DNA from: Candidatus Syntropharchaeum caldarium
Lineage (GTDB): Archaea > Halobacteriota > Syntropharchaeia > Syntropharchaeales > Syntropharchaeaceae
Length of the DNA: 32,000 nucleotides
Reading direction: 5' to 3'
Assembly (NCBI GenBank): GCA_001766815.1
Contig: LYOS01000003.1
Location: 115,254-147,253 of the forward strand
The translations under genes and the position numbers were made by a program. The notes beneath the pieces were generated by a model. The model made no database searches. It was not told the DNA's origin and was given only the letters and a program-made list of their open reading frames with translations. Within the stretch, counting starts at the first letter, position 1. Each line of letters starts with the position of its first letter. Below are positions 8,085 through 16,931 of the stretch, one piece after another.

Positions 8085-9674
8085 TCATCCAAAGTTCAGC
8101 CGGAGATACCTAACAAGGTAAGGTCCAACGAGCATGAATATGATTGATGCAAGTATGAAGAGCGCAAATCCAAGTGTGAGCGTGTCGGTGATTTTCTTCT
8201 GTCGTTCAGGATTGGATGTGAAGAGACCTGTCAGTTTATTCGCCATCTCCCTGAAGACATAACCCCCATCAAGCGGCACAGCGGGAAGGCAGTTGAAAAG
8301 CCCTGCATAGAAGTTTATCCAGCCGATCCAGAATAGTGCATTTGCCACGTAGAACGCCCATATCCCCCCGATTGAAGGTGTGTAGAGCTGCATCAGCCAG
8401 TCTCCAAAGCCACCGAAACCGCCCTGTGTCACGGGAATTACCGGTAGCGCCATCAATAATATCCAGCCGAAAAAAGACCCTGGCAGTTTTTTAAGGTTAG
8501 AGAGATATGTTTCGGCAGGAAACTCCCACACCATCCCGAAGGGCACGTTATATACAACGACCCCAAGAAAACCCTTCTCTTCTTTCTCTGAATATGGATA
8601 CTGGATGAGTTTGACCTCAAATGTCTCTTCTCTGCCGCTATCATCGACCGTTGTTACTGATACAGTTTCTTCGGGCTTTGTATCCTCCATAAAATCATAA
8701 AAATCGCCTGCATCATGAATTACAACATTATTCATCCTGATTATCCTGCTACCTGGCTCAATTTTTGCGGTAGATGCAGGATACCCATCCAGAACATCTT
8801 TAATAAGCGCTCCTTCTACAACTCTCAATGTGAACTCCCGCATGACGCCGCGGTCCAGGACATCGACTGTTATCGTATCACCATTCTCTTTAATAGAGAA
8901 TATATCATCGAGTGATCTGACCGATACACCATTTATGGCTGTTACAACCATCTCTTCCTTGATTCCTGATTCTTTGAATTGATCAAGCACCTCTGTGATC
9001 ACGACATTATTGCCTGTTGGTGCAAAGACCGATAGCACAGGACCAAAGAATAGTGCAAGTGCGATCGCTGCAACGATGAAGTTACTCATAACTCCTGCTG
9101 CAAGTATCCGATTCCTGGCCTCACTCGATATGATACTCGGCTTATTACCATCCTTTGAACCAAATAATTCTTCCTCATCGGGCTCTGCAAACGCACCTAT
9201 GGGTATCAGGGCCAGCAGAAGCCCCATCGACTTTACCTTAATTCCTTCTCTCCTGGCAAGTATACCATGTGCAAGCTCATGGACGATGAGTGTTACAAGC
9301 AGTCCGAGCCAGCCCCAGGCAGGTATAAACTCATTCACACCTGGTATCAAGAGCCAGTTTCTGGGTTCATTTACAACGGTTGGCGCAGGCATATTTGTCA
9401 GCATGAAGAAATCTGAGATAATGACGAGTCCAAATATCACAAGCATACCGGCGAGCATAAAGAAGATTCCAGTCGTCCCAAAACTCCACCAGAACGTTCT
9501 GAACCTTGATGCTTCATCGAGAAAGGAGAGCCCTTTTCGTGTCCTTATCATCAGAACAGGGCCATACGCCTGCATATTATATTTTTCAAGAATTCCACGT
9601 CTGTCAAGGGATAAGATCAGTATCCACCAGAGCATGAAGAGGGCGAGTGCGATTGTTGTACCACTTACTGACAT
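8085..9674 (-). CDS. Site-2 protease family (peptidase M50) membrane metalloprotease with PDZ-like insert
   Basis: HELAHG zinc motif in a TM helix. Second catalytic motif LPAVPLDGG. Multiple TM segments flank a soluble PDZ-like middle region. Confidence 0.85.
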   Translation of the reverse strand: MSVSGTTIALALFMLWWILILSLDRRGILEKYNMQAYGPVLMIRTRKGLSFLDEASRFRTFWWSFGTTGIFFMLAGMLVIFGLVIISDFFMLTNMPAPTVVNEPRNWLLIPGVNEFIPAWGWLGLLVTLIVHELAHGILARREGIKVKSMGLLLALIPIGAFAEPDEEELFGSKDGNKPSIISSEARNRILAAGVMSNFIVAAIALALFFGPVLSVFAPTGNNVVITEVLDQFKESGIKEEMVVTAINGVSVRSLDDIFSIKENGDTITVDVLDRGVMREFTLRVVEGALIKDVLDGYPASTAKIEPGSRIIRMNNVVIHDAGDFYDFMEDTKPEETVSVTTVDDSGREETFEVKLIQYPYSEKEEKGFLGVVVYNVPFGMVWEFPAETYLSNLKKLPGSFFGWILLMALPVIPVTQGGFGGFGDWLMQLYTPSIGGIWAFYVANALFWIGWINFYAGLFNCLPAVPLDGGYVFREMANKLTGLFTSNPERQKKITDTLTLGFALFILASIIFMLVGPYLVRYLRLNFG

Positions 9675-9730
9675 CTATACAATTTTCTTCTGGGTTGTAT
9701 AAAACGATGATGGAATCTAAGGTGGTAGTT

Positions 9731-10366
9731 TTAGCACATCTGTACAAAATTTTTAAGCATCCTGATCCCGACATCCCCGCTCTTCTCGGGGTGAAATTGG
9801 GTGCCAACGACATTATCATCAGGTGATGCAACGATCGCAGCAAACTCAACGCCATAATCAGACGTTGCCACGGTAAACTCTCTGTGAGCTGTGATCGCAT
9901 AATATGAATGAACAAAATAGACAAATGCTCCATCGTTGATACCATCAAGTAATGGATGTTCTCGCTTTATACTCAGTGTATTCCAGCCCATGTGTGGTAT
10001 CTTGAGTCCCAGATTGCTCGGAAAGTGCACAACCCTGCCTGGTATGTAATCGAGCCCTTCACTTTTACCTCCTTCCTCGCTCTCTGTGAGAAGCATCTGC
10101 ATGCCGAGACAGATCCCAAGTAGTGGCTTTCCAGCTGCAACCACCTCATCAAGGACTTTTCTCAAATCCCCAAGGTTTTCCATGCCTGCCCTGAAAGCAC
10201 CAACTCCTGGCAAAAGAATCCCATCAGCATCGGCGATCAACTCGGGGTCATCTGTTATTATAGCCTCAGCCCCAACACGCCGCAACCCCTTGAAAATACT
10301 TTTCAGGTTCCCAAGTCCGTAATCAAGTATTGCAATCCGTTTAGATGGGTGTGAACTTTGTACCAT
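9731..10366 (-). CDS. hisH: Imidazole glycerol phosphate synthase, glutamine amidotransferase subunit HisH
   Basis: IAILDYGLGNL, the GICLGMQ nucleophile elbow and QFHPEKS. I chose ATG 10366 (MVQSSHPSKRIAILDYG) rather than the track's upstream start at 10459, which runs deep into the DUF35 gene. Confidence 0.9.
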   Translation of the reverse strand: MVQSSHPSKRIAILDYGLGNLKSIFKGLRRVGAEAIITDDPELIADADGILLPGVGAFRAGMENLGDLRKVLDEVVAAGKPLLGICLGMQMLLTESEEGGKSEGLDYIPGRVVHFPSNLGLKIPHMGWNTLSIKREHPLLDGINDGAFVYFVHSYYAITAHREFTVATSDYGVEFAAIVASPDDNVVGTQFHPEKSGDVGIRMLKNFVQMC

Positions 10367-10730
10367 AGTTGATGACACCTTTCTTCCCATCTTCACCGAT
10401 CTTTCTGAAAATTGCTCGCACACGTGTGCCGATATCGATCTCACCTGGATCGCACACAACCTGTGATGTCAGTGCAGGTCCTTCATCAAGCCTGATGATG
10501 GCAAGTATGTAAGGTATCTCCCGTTCAAATGCCGTGGACGTGGAGTAGACCTCGGTAAAGCTCTCTACCACCCCTTCACCAGCAAAGGTGTACTGATCCA
10601 TCCTGCTATCACGTCGACAGTGTACACAGACCACCCGTGGTGGGTAATAGTACGTGCCACAGAGGGTACATCTTGAGCCGATCAGGTTGTATCGGTTTGG
10701 TATTGCCCTCCAGAATCTTGGAACACTCAC
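10341..10730 (-). CDS. Zn-ribbon + OB-fold protein of the DUF35 (acyl-CoA-associated) family
   Basis: CTLCGTYYYPPRVVCVHC rubredoxin-like ribbon followed by an OB-like C-terminal half. GTG start overlaps the meaB stop. Confidence 0.7.
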   Translation of the reverse strand: MSVPRFWRAIPNRYNLIGSRCTLCGTYYYPPRVVCVHCRRDSRMDQYTFAGEGVVESFTEVYSTSTAFEREIPYILAIIRLDEGPALTSQVVCDPGEIDIGTRVRAIFRKIGEDGKKGVINYGTKFTPI

Positions 10731-11680
10731 CTGTCATCCCCTCTCAAATGTTTTATTGCATTAATCGCCGCGGTGTGCGGGTCAATCTCTCTCTTCAGGA
10801 TGTCATTAATAAGTGATTCGTATATACCTTCTTCTTTCAGCCTGTTAATCACCATATCCACACTCTCACCACGAATCCAGTCCTTGAGTTCGCCCTCTAC
10901 GCGATCTCGCATACGTTCATTGAGTGTTCCCGTCTCTTTAAGATATTTCATGTGCTCATCAATTGTATCCAGGAGCTCGGCGATCCCTTTGTTCCTTATT
11001 GCAACGGTCTCAAGGATCGGCGGTTTCCATTCATTTTCTTTATAGCAGGCAAGATTGAGCATCATCTCAAGATCGACGAGTACGCGTTCAACACCATCTC
11101 GATCAGCCTTGTTGATCACAAAGATCGAGCCTATTTCAAGTATTCCAGCCTTGATTGCCTGTATCTCATCTCCCATACCAGGGACAAGAACAACAATTGG
11201 GGTATGTGCAGAATTCACGATGTCAACTTCTGATTGCCCCGCGCCTACCGTTTCAATGATTATAATATCCTTCCCTGATGCATCAAGAATTGTGACCGCA
11301 TCGTTTGTAGCTCGTGATAACCCCCCGAGATTTCCACGCGTACCCATGCTCCGTATGAATACATCTTTATCGATTGCATGCCCCTGCATCCTGATCCTAT
11401 CGCCAAGCAGTGCTCCGCCTGTGAAAGGGCTTGTGGGATCAACAGCGATTACGCCCACGGTCTTACCTCGTTTTCTGTACTCAGCGATCATTTTGTTGAC
11501 AAGTGATGATTTACCTGCACCAGGTGAACCTGTCATCCCGATAAGGTGTGCATTTCCGGCATGAGGATATAGCTCCTGCATCATCTCATGTGCATCTGGA
11601 TGACCATTCTCGACCATAGTGATCGATTTTGCAATTGCCCGCCTGTCTCCCTCTAAAATCTTTTTGACGATATCCATCAA
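10727..11680 (-). CDS. meaB: Methylmalonyl-CoA mutase-associated G3E GTPase MeaB/ArgK
   Basis: P-loop GMTGSPGAGKSS, IIIETVGAGQSE and NKADR motifs. Length is typical. Confidence 0.9.
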   Translation of the reverse strand: MMDIVKKILEGDRRAIAKSITMVENGHPDAHEMMQELYPHAGNAHLIGMTGSPGAGKSSLVNKMIAEYRKRGKTVGVIAVDPTSPFTGGALLGDRIRMQGHAIDKDVFIRSMGTRGNLGGLSRATNDAVTILDASGKDIIIIETVGAGQSEVDIVNSAHTPIVVLVPGMGDEIQAIKAGILEIGSIFVINKADRDGVERVLVDLEMMLNLACYKENEWKPPILETVAIRNKGIAELLDTIDEHMKYLKETGTLNERMRDRVEGELKDWIRGESVDMVINRLKEEGIYESLINDILKREIDPHTAAINAIKHLRGDDR

Positions 11681-11699
11681 TTACACCATTCCATCTTTA

Positions 11700-12119
11700 T
11701 CATCTTTCGACCATTCTTACATTATCTGATATAAATTCGACCATCTCAGCTGGATCGTTTTCCACTCCAAAGATACCACAGACACCGATCTTTTCAAGTT
11801 CGAGATGGTCTAATTCTGGTATGTTACTTACTACCATCACAACTATCTCCTCTGCATCATCCTCACTCAGTAATTCTACAACCCGCTGGATAGACGTGAT
11901 GTGCTGCTTCTCGTTAAGAATAACGATGCCAATAGCATCTACATCTTCCTGAATAGCAGTCTCAACAATCTGCTCAGGTGTCTGATTCAAACCAGCATAG
12001 ATCACTTCCATTCCAGATTCGCGCATCTCCCTCGCAATGGCGTTGATGGTAATATCAACATTTCCTTCGCCCGACCCCAATCTCACAAGTAAAACTCGCA
12101 TGATTCGCACTGTACTCAT
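11700..12119 (-). CDS. Methylmalonyl-CoA mutase small-subunit-like (B12-binding-domain-like) protein with degenerate cobalamin signature
   Basis: GMEVIYAGLNQTPEQIVETAIQEDVDAIG is near-canonical MCM B12-domain sequence. However, DxHxxG is replaced by SGEGNV, SxL by VIL and GG by VS. Confidence 0.75.
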   Translation of the reverse strand: MSTVRIMRVLLVRLGSGEGNVDITINAIAREMRESGMEVIYAGLNQTPEQIVETAIQEDVDAIGIVILNEKQHITSIQRVVELLSEDDAEEIVVMVVSNIPELDHLELEKIGVCGIFGVENDPAEMVEFISDNVRMVER

Positions 12120-12263
12120 TCTTCATCGGCTCCTCTGCTTATAATAAACAAAGCTTGCATTTTAATCTATCGGTTTTCTGCCTGTAATGCTCAATCGCAC
12201 CAGTGATAACGACAGCATTATATACGGTATCCAATTCATTAATCAGTGTAAGATCAGAGTATT

Positions 12264-12346
12264 GCGGGGATAGCCAAGCGGCCAAAGGCGCAGGACTTAA
12301 GATCCTGTACAGAAGTGTTTCGAGGGTTCGAATCCCTCTCCCCGCA
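12264..12346 (+). tRNA. tRNA-Leu (anticodon UAA), class II with long variable arm; CCA not encoded
   Basis: Manual cloverleaf. Acceptor GCGGGGA/TCCCCGC, anticodon stem CAGGA/TCCTG with loop CTTAAGA. T-arm GAGGG-TTCGAAT-CCCTC, 14-nt variable arm, discriminator A. Confidence 0.9.
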
Positions 12347-12412
12347 TAATTCTAATAACGAGAGAGATTCTGGGGGTTGGGAAGATTTCAAGTAGTGAGT
12401 TGAGGGAGCAGC

Positions 12413-12530
12413 TTGGCTTGTAGGATAGAGTATAAGTCCTCTGTAGCGAAGGATTTGAGGCAGTTAGATAAAAACGGTAGCCGGGCGTATCCTTCAACGC
12501 TCAATAGGGCAACTTCTTTTATCCACATGA
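12413..12530 (+). pseudogene. RelE/ParE-type toxin N-terminal remnant (frameshifted, truncated)
   Basis: YRIEYKSSVAKDLRQLDK continues after a frame shift as TVAGRILQRSIGQLLLST, then a stop. This resembles the N-terminal half of RelE/ParE toxins (Y.I.....A.KDL..L.K....RI). No C-terminal half is present. Confidence 0.35.
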
Positions 12531-12569
12531 CGTTAGATGAAATAGCCGATTTAATGGAGGCACTGAAAA

Positions 12570-13169
12570 ATGAGGAATCTCATAAAAAACTTAGGTCACG
12601 AGAGTCTTTGGGTAAGAACGGGGTATGCTTTTATGTTTTTCTTTACCTTCATAGCTCTTGCCTATGCTTTCGGATTTCTTTTCCTGCCAGAAGGCATTAT
12701 GAAGGAGCTGCCCCTGCCCTCGCTTATGGTATTCGAAGAGAAAAGATCTTTCCTTTCTTCCTTCACTAAGACCTTGGTTTACAATCTATTTGTGCTGGGT
12801 ATCATAGTGGGAGTGAATCATTACAGAGTGCGATCATTCACCCTTGGTTATCTTCCGCTCTATGCTAATACCGTTATGATGGGGCTTTTTGCTGGAACAA
12901 ACTCTTTTAGTGGAGGTATATCAGCTTACACCTTGGAAGGGTGGTTATTGTTCCTGCAAATTGGATTTCTGGAGTTTTTAGCTTACATTTTTGCGTGTGT
13001 TGCCACGGTAAATTTAGCCATGTTTCATGCTGGGAGATGGCGTGGTGAAAAGTTCAGGAAAATACGGAGATTTAAGGAGGTCAAATTGTCGAAATATGAG
13101 TTAATATTCCTATTAGTGAGTTTAATTCTTTTAGTTGTAGCAGCATTCAACGAATGGAGGTATATCTGA
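12570..13169 (+). CDS. Polytopic membrane protein of unknown function
   Basis: 199-aa ORF with about 5-6 hydrophobic helices. AT-rich relative to the core region. I recognise no family motif. Confidence 0.55.
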   Translation: MRNLIKNLGHESLWVRTGYAFMFFFTFIALAYAFGFLFLPEGIMKELPLPSLMVFEEKRSFLSSFTKTLVYNLFVLGIIVGVNHYRVRSFTLGYLPLYANTVMMGLFAGTNSFSGGISAYTLEGWLLFLQIGFLEFLAYIFACVATVNLAMFHAGRWRGEKFRKIRRFKEVKLSKYELIFLLVSLILLVVAAFNEWRYI

Positions 13170-13259
13170 TGGAGATATCGGTCACATCGCTTAACAGGTG
13201 GATAAAAAAATGTTTGAAATAATAATTGATGGGTAAAAAAGAAACGAGGTGGGATAGAA

Positions 13260-13943
13260 ATGAAAAAAGTCCTGATAATTTTCTGCATTGTAATTGTGGC
13301 ACTATCATCTGTAGTCTCAGTCAATCAGTGGATAAATGTTAGTGATAATGATAGTAAAAATTTTACGATTAGATTTGATTCAAAACTTAGTAGCGAGTTC
13401 AATAAGGTAGTTGACACGGAAACGAAAAAAGTGATAAAGATCAAAGAGTTTAACATATCTCCAATTTCTATTCCTACACCCCAAAACTCTTTGTGGGCGC
13501 CAAAGTTACGATTGTATCTGAACAACGATAAAGAAGAATTTGTTCATGAATTTGTTCAGGGTGAAAAAATCAGAATTTTTCTTGAAAACATCGGTAACGA
13601 GACGATAACCCTTCCCAATCCAGCTCCCTGGGAAGTAATAGTATTGCCGATGATTGATGCAGAAATTGAAAGCAAATTACATTGCAGTCCAGAAGAGAGT
13701 GTATACGCCAAATTTCCGAAAATCTATCCTGATATGTATAATATATCGAATGCCCATACCTACAAGCCTAAAGTAGAGCAAACTGCCGTGTTAATTCATC
13801 CAAATGAAACGCTAACGTGGACCTGGGATCAGAGACTGGACGATGGCAGCCTTCTTAAGCCAGGGCACTATCAGGTGGTACTAAAAGGACTGGATGTTGA
13901 ATGTGTGGAACAGACAATTTTTTATGTTTTACCAAAGCGGTAG
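13260..13943 (+). CDS. Signal-anchored secreted protein of unknown function (possible Ig-like beta-sandwich)
   Basis: N-terminal MKKVLIIFCIVIVALSSVVSV. GGTGG Shine-Dalgarno-like element upstream. The C-terminal LIHPNETLTWTWDQRLDDGSLLKPGHYQVVL pattern resembles beta-sandwich inhibitor-like domains (weak). Confidence 0.55.
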   Translation: MKKVLIIFCIVIVALSSVVSVNQWINVSDNDSKNFTIRFDSKLSSEFNKVVDTETKKVIKIKEFNISPISIPTPQNSLWAPKLRLYLNNDKEEFVHEFVQGEKIRIFLENIGNETITLPNPAPWEVIVLPMIDAEIESKLHCSPEESVYAKFPKIYPDMYNISNAHTYKPKVEQTAVLIHPNETLTWTWDQRLDDGSLLKPGHYQVVLKGLDVECVEQTIFYVLPKR

Positions 13944-14117
13944 CTTACTAAGTTGCAAAAATTATCAGCGTTTGCCACATCGCCTGACAGCGCATACCCT
14001 GCCGGATGTTAGGCGTAATCGAAGATTTAATATGGTGTAGAGATATAATCAATCCGTGGTTGAGGATAGGAGACAAAAAGGAGCGCAGTCAGTGAACCAA
14101 TTTCAAAACATTCATGT

Positions 14118-14288
14118 ATGAAATTAAAGCCCCAACAGAAAGGCCGATAGCCTACAGGGCTGGATAAGGATAGGTATATGAGAAACAGGAGTGCGGTGGA
14201 GCGATTTAACACCTGGATCGAGTCATACAGGAGGATACTGGTGAGGTTCGAGCGGCTGGCGGTGTGCTTCATGGCGGCTGTCAAGTAG
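14118..14288 (+). pseudogene. IS5/IS4-superfamily DDE transposase C-terminal remnant
   Basis: MRNRSAVERFNTWIESYRRILVRFERLAVCFMAAVK* matches the conserved IS5-family C-terminus (R..VER.F..LK..RRI..RYE.L...F.A). Upstream frames are broken by stops and no catalytic core is present. Confidence 0.6.
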
Positions 14289-14346
14289 GCTTTCCGAAGC
14301 CCCCTATTATTATATATCCCCCGATCGAAGATCGGACATTGGGTGG

Positions 14347-14366
14347 ATGAGGTGGATGCGCCTCAT
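14347..14366. repeat. Hairpin element copy 1 (ATGAGGTG-gatg-CGCCTCAT), downstream of cas3
   Basis: 8-bp stem (one G-U) with a gatg loop. 19/20 nt identical to 21398-21417. Confidence 0.6.
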
Positions 14367-14367
14367 T

Positions 14368-14403
14368 ATGTATCAGAATGGTGTTGAGGGTTTTGAGATG
14401 GGT
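14368..14403. repeat. Left arm of a 36-nt inverted repeat bracketing the whole cas locus
   Basis: ATGTATCAGAATGGTGTTGAGGGTTTTGAGATGGGT compared with the reverse complement of 25452-25487 (ATGCATCAGGATGGTGTTGAGGGTTTTGAGGTGGAT) gives 32/36 identical by hand alignment. Confidence 0.7.
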
Positions 14404-14486
14404 GCAGTAATATTCCAGCGGAGCAAAGTGTCAAAGGTGAGCTGGGAGAAGTTGAATGGGGAGAATGAAATTTAGGAGGGGATGTG

Positions 14487-16931
14487 TTAACAGATTATTG
14501 AACCGCCACCGGCATTCTCTCTTTTGAAACCTGTTTCTGAATCATATCCAATTCCTTGATCTATCTCAACCTTTGAAATATAACCAATTCCTGTTTTTTC
14601 ATCAAAACCAACCTGGTTTGCATATTTTTTGGGAACGGAGATTACATAATCGTAGAAGTCTTTTTTGATTTTGAGAAACTCCTTTTTGCGTTCCAATGGA
14701 TCTTTAACATTGCGAATCTCTTGGTATTCATGCCAGATTCTTTTGGCGTTTTCGTCAAGTTCGATGAAGACGTCGATTTTTTCATAATCCTGCTTTATCA
14801 ACCTAAAATTCTTCTGTATTGACTCAAATTCCAGATTACAAAGATATGCAACCATCTTTTCCGATTCATCATCAGCCATCGCATCTTTAACTTTCGTGTA
14901 GTATTCATTCGTTATTTCTAAAAACAACGGTTCATTTATCTTTGAATAATTTTCTAAGACTTTAGAGGTTTTATTTATTAAAATTGCTTTGTCTCCATAG
15001 ATGTACTGGTAATACTTTCGGTCATTGTTATTTGTATCTATCAAAACAAAAACTTTTACCAGACCTTTTTTATCTTCGCTATAATTTCTGTTACATCGTC
15101 CTGCAACCTGATTGATCGAGTCAAGGGTTGAAAAATCCCGATAGACTATATCTACATCGATGTCCACGCCAGCCTCAATAAGCTGTGTACTCACAATAAT
15201 CTTTCTACCTTTCTCAGCTTTGATCTTCTTAATCCTACTCAAACGCTCTTTAGGTATAATATTTGTGGAAAGATAATAATAACTCGTTTCTGGTATTTCA
15301 AAATCTTTTAAATATTCATAGAGCTCTTTCGAGGAATTGATTGTATTTAACACCACCAGAAAATCTTTTTCTTTATGTTCTTCAATATCCTTTCTCACAA
15401 TTTCTTTGAATTTATCAAATGGTGTACTTTCCAACTCTGGAATTAGCTCAATACGGTCAAATTCACTAAAATATTTGCTTTTATCTTTCACAAGCTCTTT
15501 AATTTCTGTTTCAGGCTCAAATATAAGGGGTTGTGTCGCGGTTACAAATATGAAATATGTATTGAAACACCTTGAAAAAACATCGATTAACTTCTTAAAG
15601 AGCAACCAGTATTCATGAGGTATTGATTGAACTTCGTCCAGTATGACAATAGAATTTACAATATTATGGTATTTTCGCAGTGTTCGATTTTTATTTGAGA
15701 TTAATGTATGGAAGAATTGCACGAAGGTTGTTACAATTATTTCAGAATTCCACCCCTCAATCAAAAACAGACTCTCCGTTGTTTCAAACTCATCATCTTT
15801 AGTTTCAAAGAAAATATCTGCAAGATGGTGATGTTTTAATAAAATATCAGTGGTGGGGATATGTCCGTTTACTTTTTTAAACACACGCTCAAATTCATCA
15901 AAATTCTGGTCAATTATACTCATAAAAGGAAGTGAATAGATTATTTTAGGTGTAAATCCCTTTTCTCTCTTCAATTTATCTCGCAACTTCAAAGCAAAAG
16001 ATAAAGAAGTTAAAGTCTTTCCCGTGCCTGTCGGTACGTTTAAGGAATAGATTTTTTGTTTAAGGTCTAATTCATTGAGCATAAATATGACATCGTCATA
16101 AATGCAATTTCTTATGTTATTCATCTTCCCGTCTGGTTCGTTGTATCCTTTGATCACTTTATATGCATCTACCAGATCAGATGAAATCTCTCTTCTGTTT
16201 CTCTCAATTTCGATACCAGATGCATCAACTTTATCCGAATTTATCAAGACTGAATATAATAGTTGTGTGATAAGACTGTACTGAATATTTTCTTCTTCTC
16301 TCAAGCGTCTTATTCGCTTCTTTTTTTGCAAAATTTCCTTTACTATTTGTTGGTGATGGTTAAAGAAGTAACTGATGTCAACATTTAACAAATCGCAATA
16401 AACTTTCTCCACCTCATTTAGATTGATAGATTGAATTTGTCTATTTAAAACCTCTATATCCTCATCCTCTTTGAGATCAAGTATCTCGAAACGTGCATCT
16501 TTCAAATTCCCATGATGCCTTTTTATAATCAGATATCCTATGACAGCGAGAATATCGCAAAGAGGTTCATTTAAGACTTTTTGATCCTTCAAATCTTTTA
16601 AGTATTCCTGTAAGACAAAATAAGTAAAAATAGCAGAAAGTAACCCGTGTTTCGTCTCCTGTCTGCCCTTCATCTGCATTCTTTTCTTTTCATCTACCTC
16701 TTTTATATAATTCTGAAAGTATTCTGTTGCTTTTCCAAAATCGTGGCAAACGCCGATAAGATATGATAAATCCATCAGAACATCTTTTTTCAGTTGCAAA
16801 TCGCTTAAATCCATTTCTTTTAATGATAAGGTCTCACGGGACAAGCGGCCAACATTAGAGAGATGTTTATACAATAGTTTGTCAGGATGGGAATATAAGT
16901 TACATGAAAAGGATTCTTTCGCCATTATCAA
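14487..16931 (-). CDS. cas3: Cas3 (fused HD nuclease + DEAH-box helicase)
   Basis: HD motifs CHDFGK and KRHHGNL. Helicase motif I NVPTGTGKT and motif II LDEVQ. C-terminal helicase lobe STQLIEAGVDID. Last gene of the cas8b-cas7-cas5-cas3 operon. Confidence 0.9.
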   Translation of the reverse strand: MIMAKESFSCNLYSHPDKLLYKHLSNVGRLSRETLSLKEMDLSDLQLKKDVLMDLSYLIGVCHDFGKATEYFQNYIKEVDEKKRMQMKGRQETKHGLLSAIFTYFVLQEYLKDLKDQKVLNEPLCDILAVIGYLIIKRHHGNLKDARFEILDLKEDEDIEVLNRQIQSINLNEVEKVYCDLLNVDISYFFNHHQQIVKEILQKKKRIRRLREEENIQYSLITQLLYSVLINSDKVDASGIEIERNRREISSDLVDAYKVIKGYNEPDGKMNNIRNCIYDDVIFMLNELDLKQKIYSLNVPTGTGKTLTSLSFALKLRDKLKREKGFTPKIIYSLPFMSIIDQNFDEFERVFKKVNGHIPTTDILLKHHHLADIFFETKDDEFETTESLFLIEGWNSEIIVTTFVQFFHTLISNKNRTLRKYHNIVNSIVILDEVQSIPHEYWLLFKKLIDVFSRCFNTYFIFVTATQPLIFEPETEIKELVKDKSKYFSEFDRIELIPELESTPFDKFKEIVRKDIEEHKEKDFLVVLNTINSSKELYEYLKDFEIPETSYYYLSTNIIPKERLSRIKKIKAEKGRKIIVSTQLIEAGVDIDVDIVYRDFSTLDSINQVAGRCNRNYSEDKKGLVKVFVLIDTNNNDRKYYQYIYGDKAILINKTSKVLENYSKINEPLFLEITNEYYTKVKDAMADDESEKMVAYLCNLEFESIQKNFRLIKQDYEKIDVFIELDENAKRIWHEYQEIRNVKDPLERKKEFLKIKKDFYDYVISVPKKYANQVGFDEKTGIGYISKVEIDQGIGYDSETGFKRENAGGGSIIC

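Noticed and set aside
5742-9674. Three consecutive CBS-domain genes followed by an M50 site-2 protease as a possible novel signalling module.
   Set aside because: CBS proteins and CBS-associated M50 proteases are common in archaea. Nothing in the sequence departs from ordinary paralogous CBS genes.
8995-9702. Long antisense ORFs opposite the M50 protease. Others lie at 11055-11564, 7619-8059, 6594-6929, 5773-6045 and 309-647.
   Set aside because: These are shadow ORFs opposite well-supported genes. They have Ser/Pro/Thr-rich nonsense composition and no motifs.
9731-10459. The upstream extension of hisH (track start 10459), and likewise the cas1 TTG start at 25293 and the cas8b TTG start at 20456.
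   Set aside because: The extensions overlap neighbouring genes or promoters and add non-homologous residues. Internal ATG starts with better context (10366, 25254, 20438) fit the family N-termini.
12413-12769. 118-aa plus-strand ORF after the tRNA.
   Set aside because: It is a chimera of the RelE-like remnant frame and an out-of-frame overlap with the 12570 membrane gene. Only the remnant is reported.
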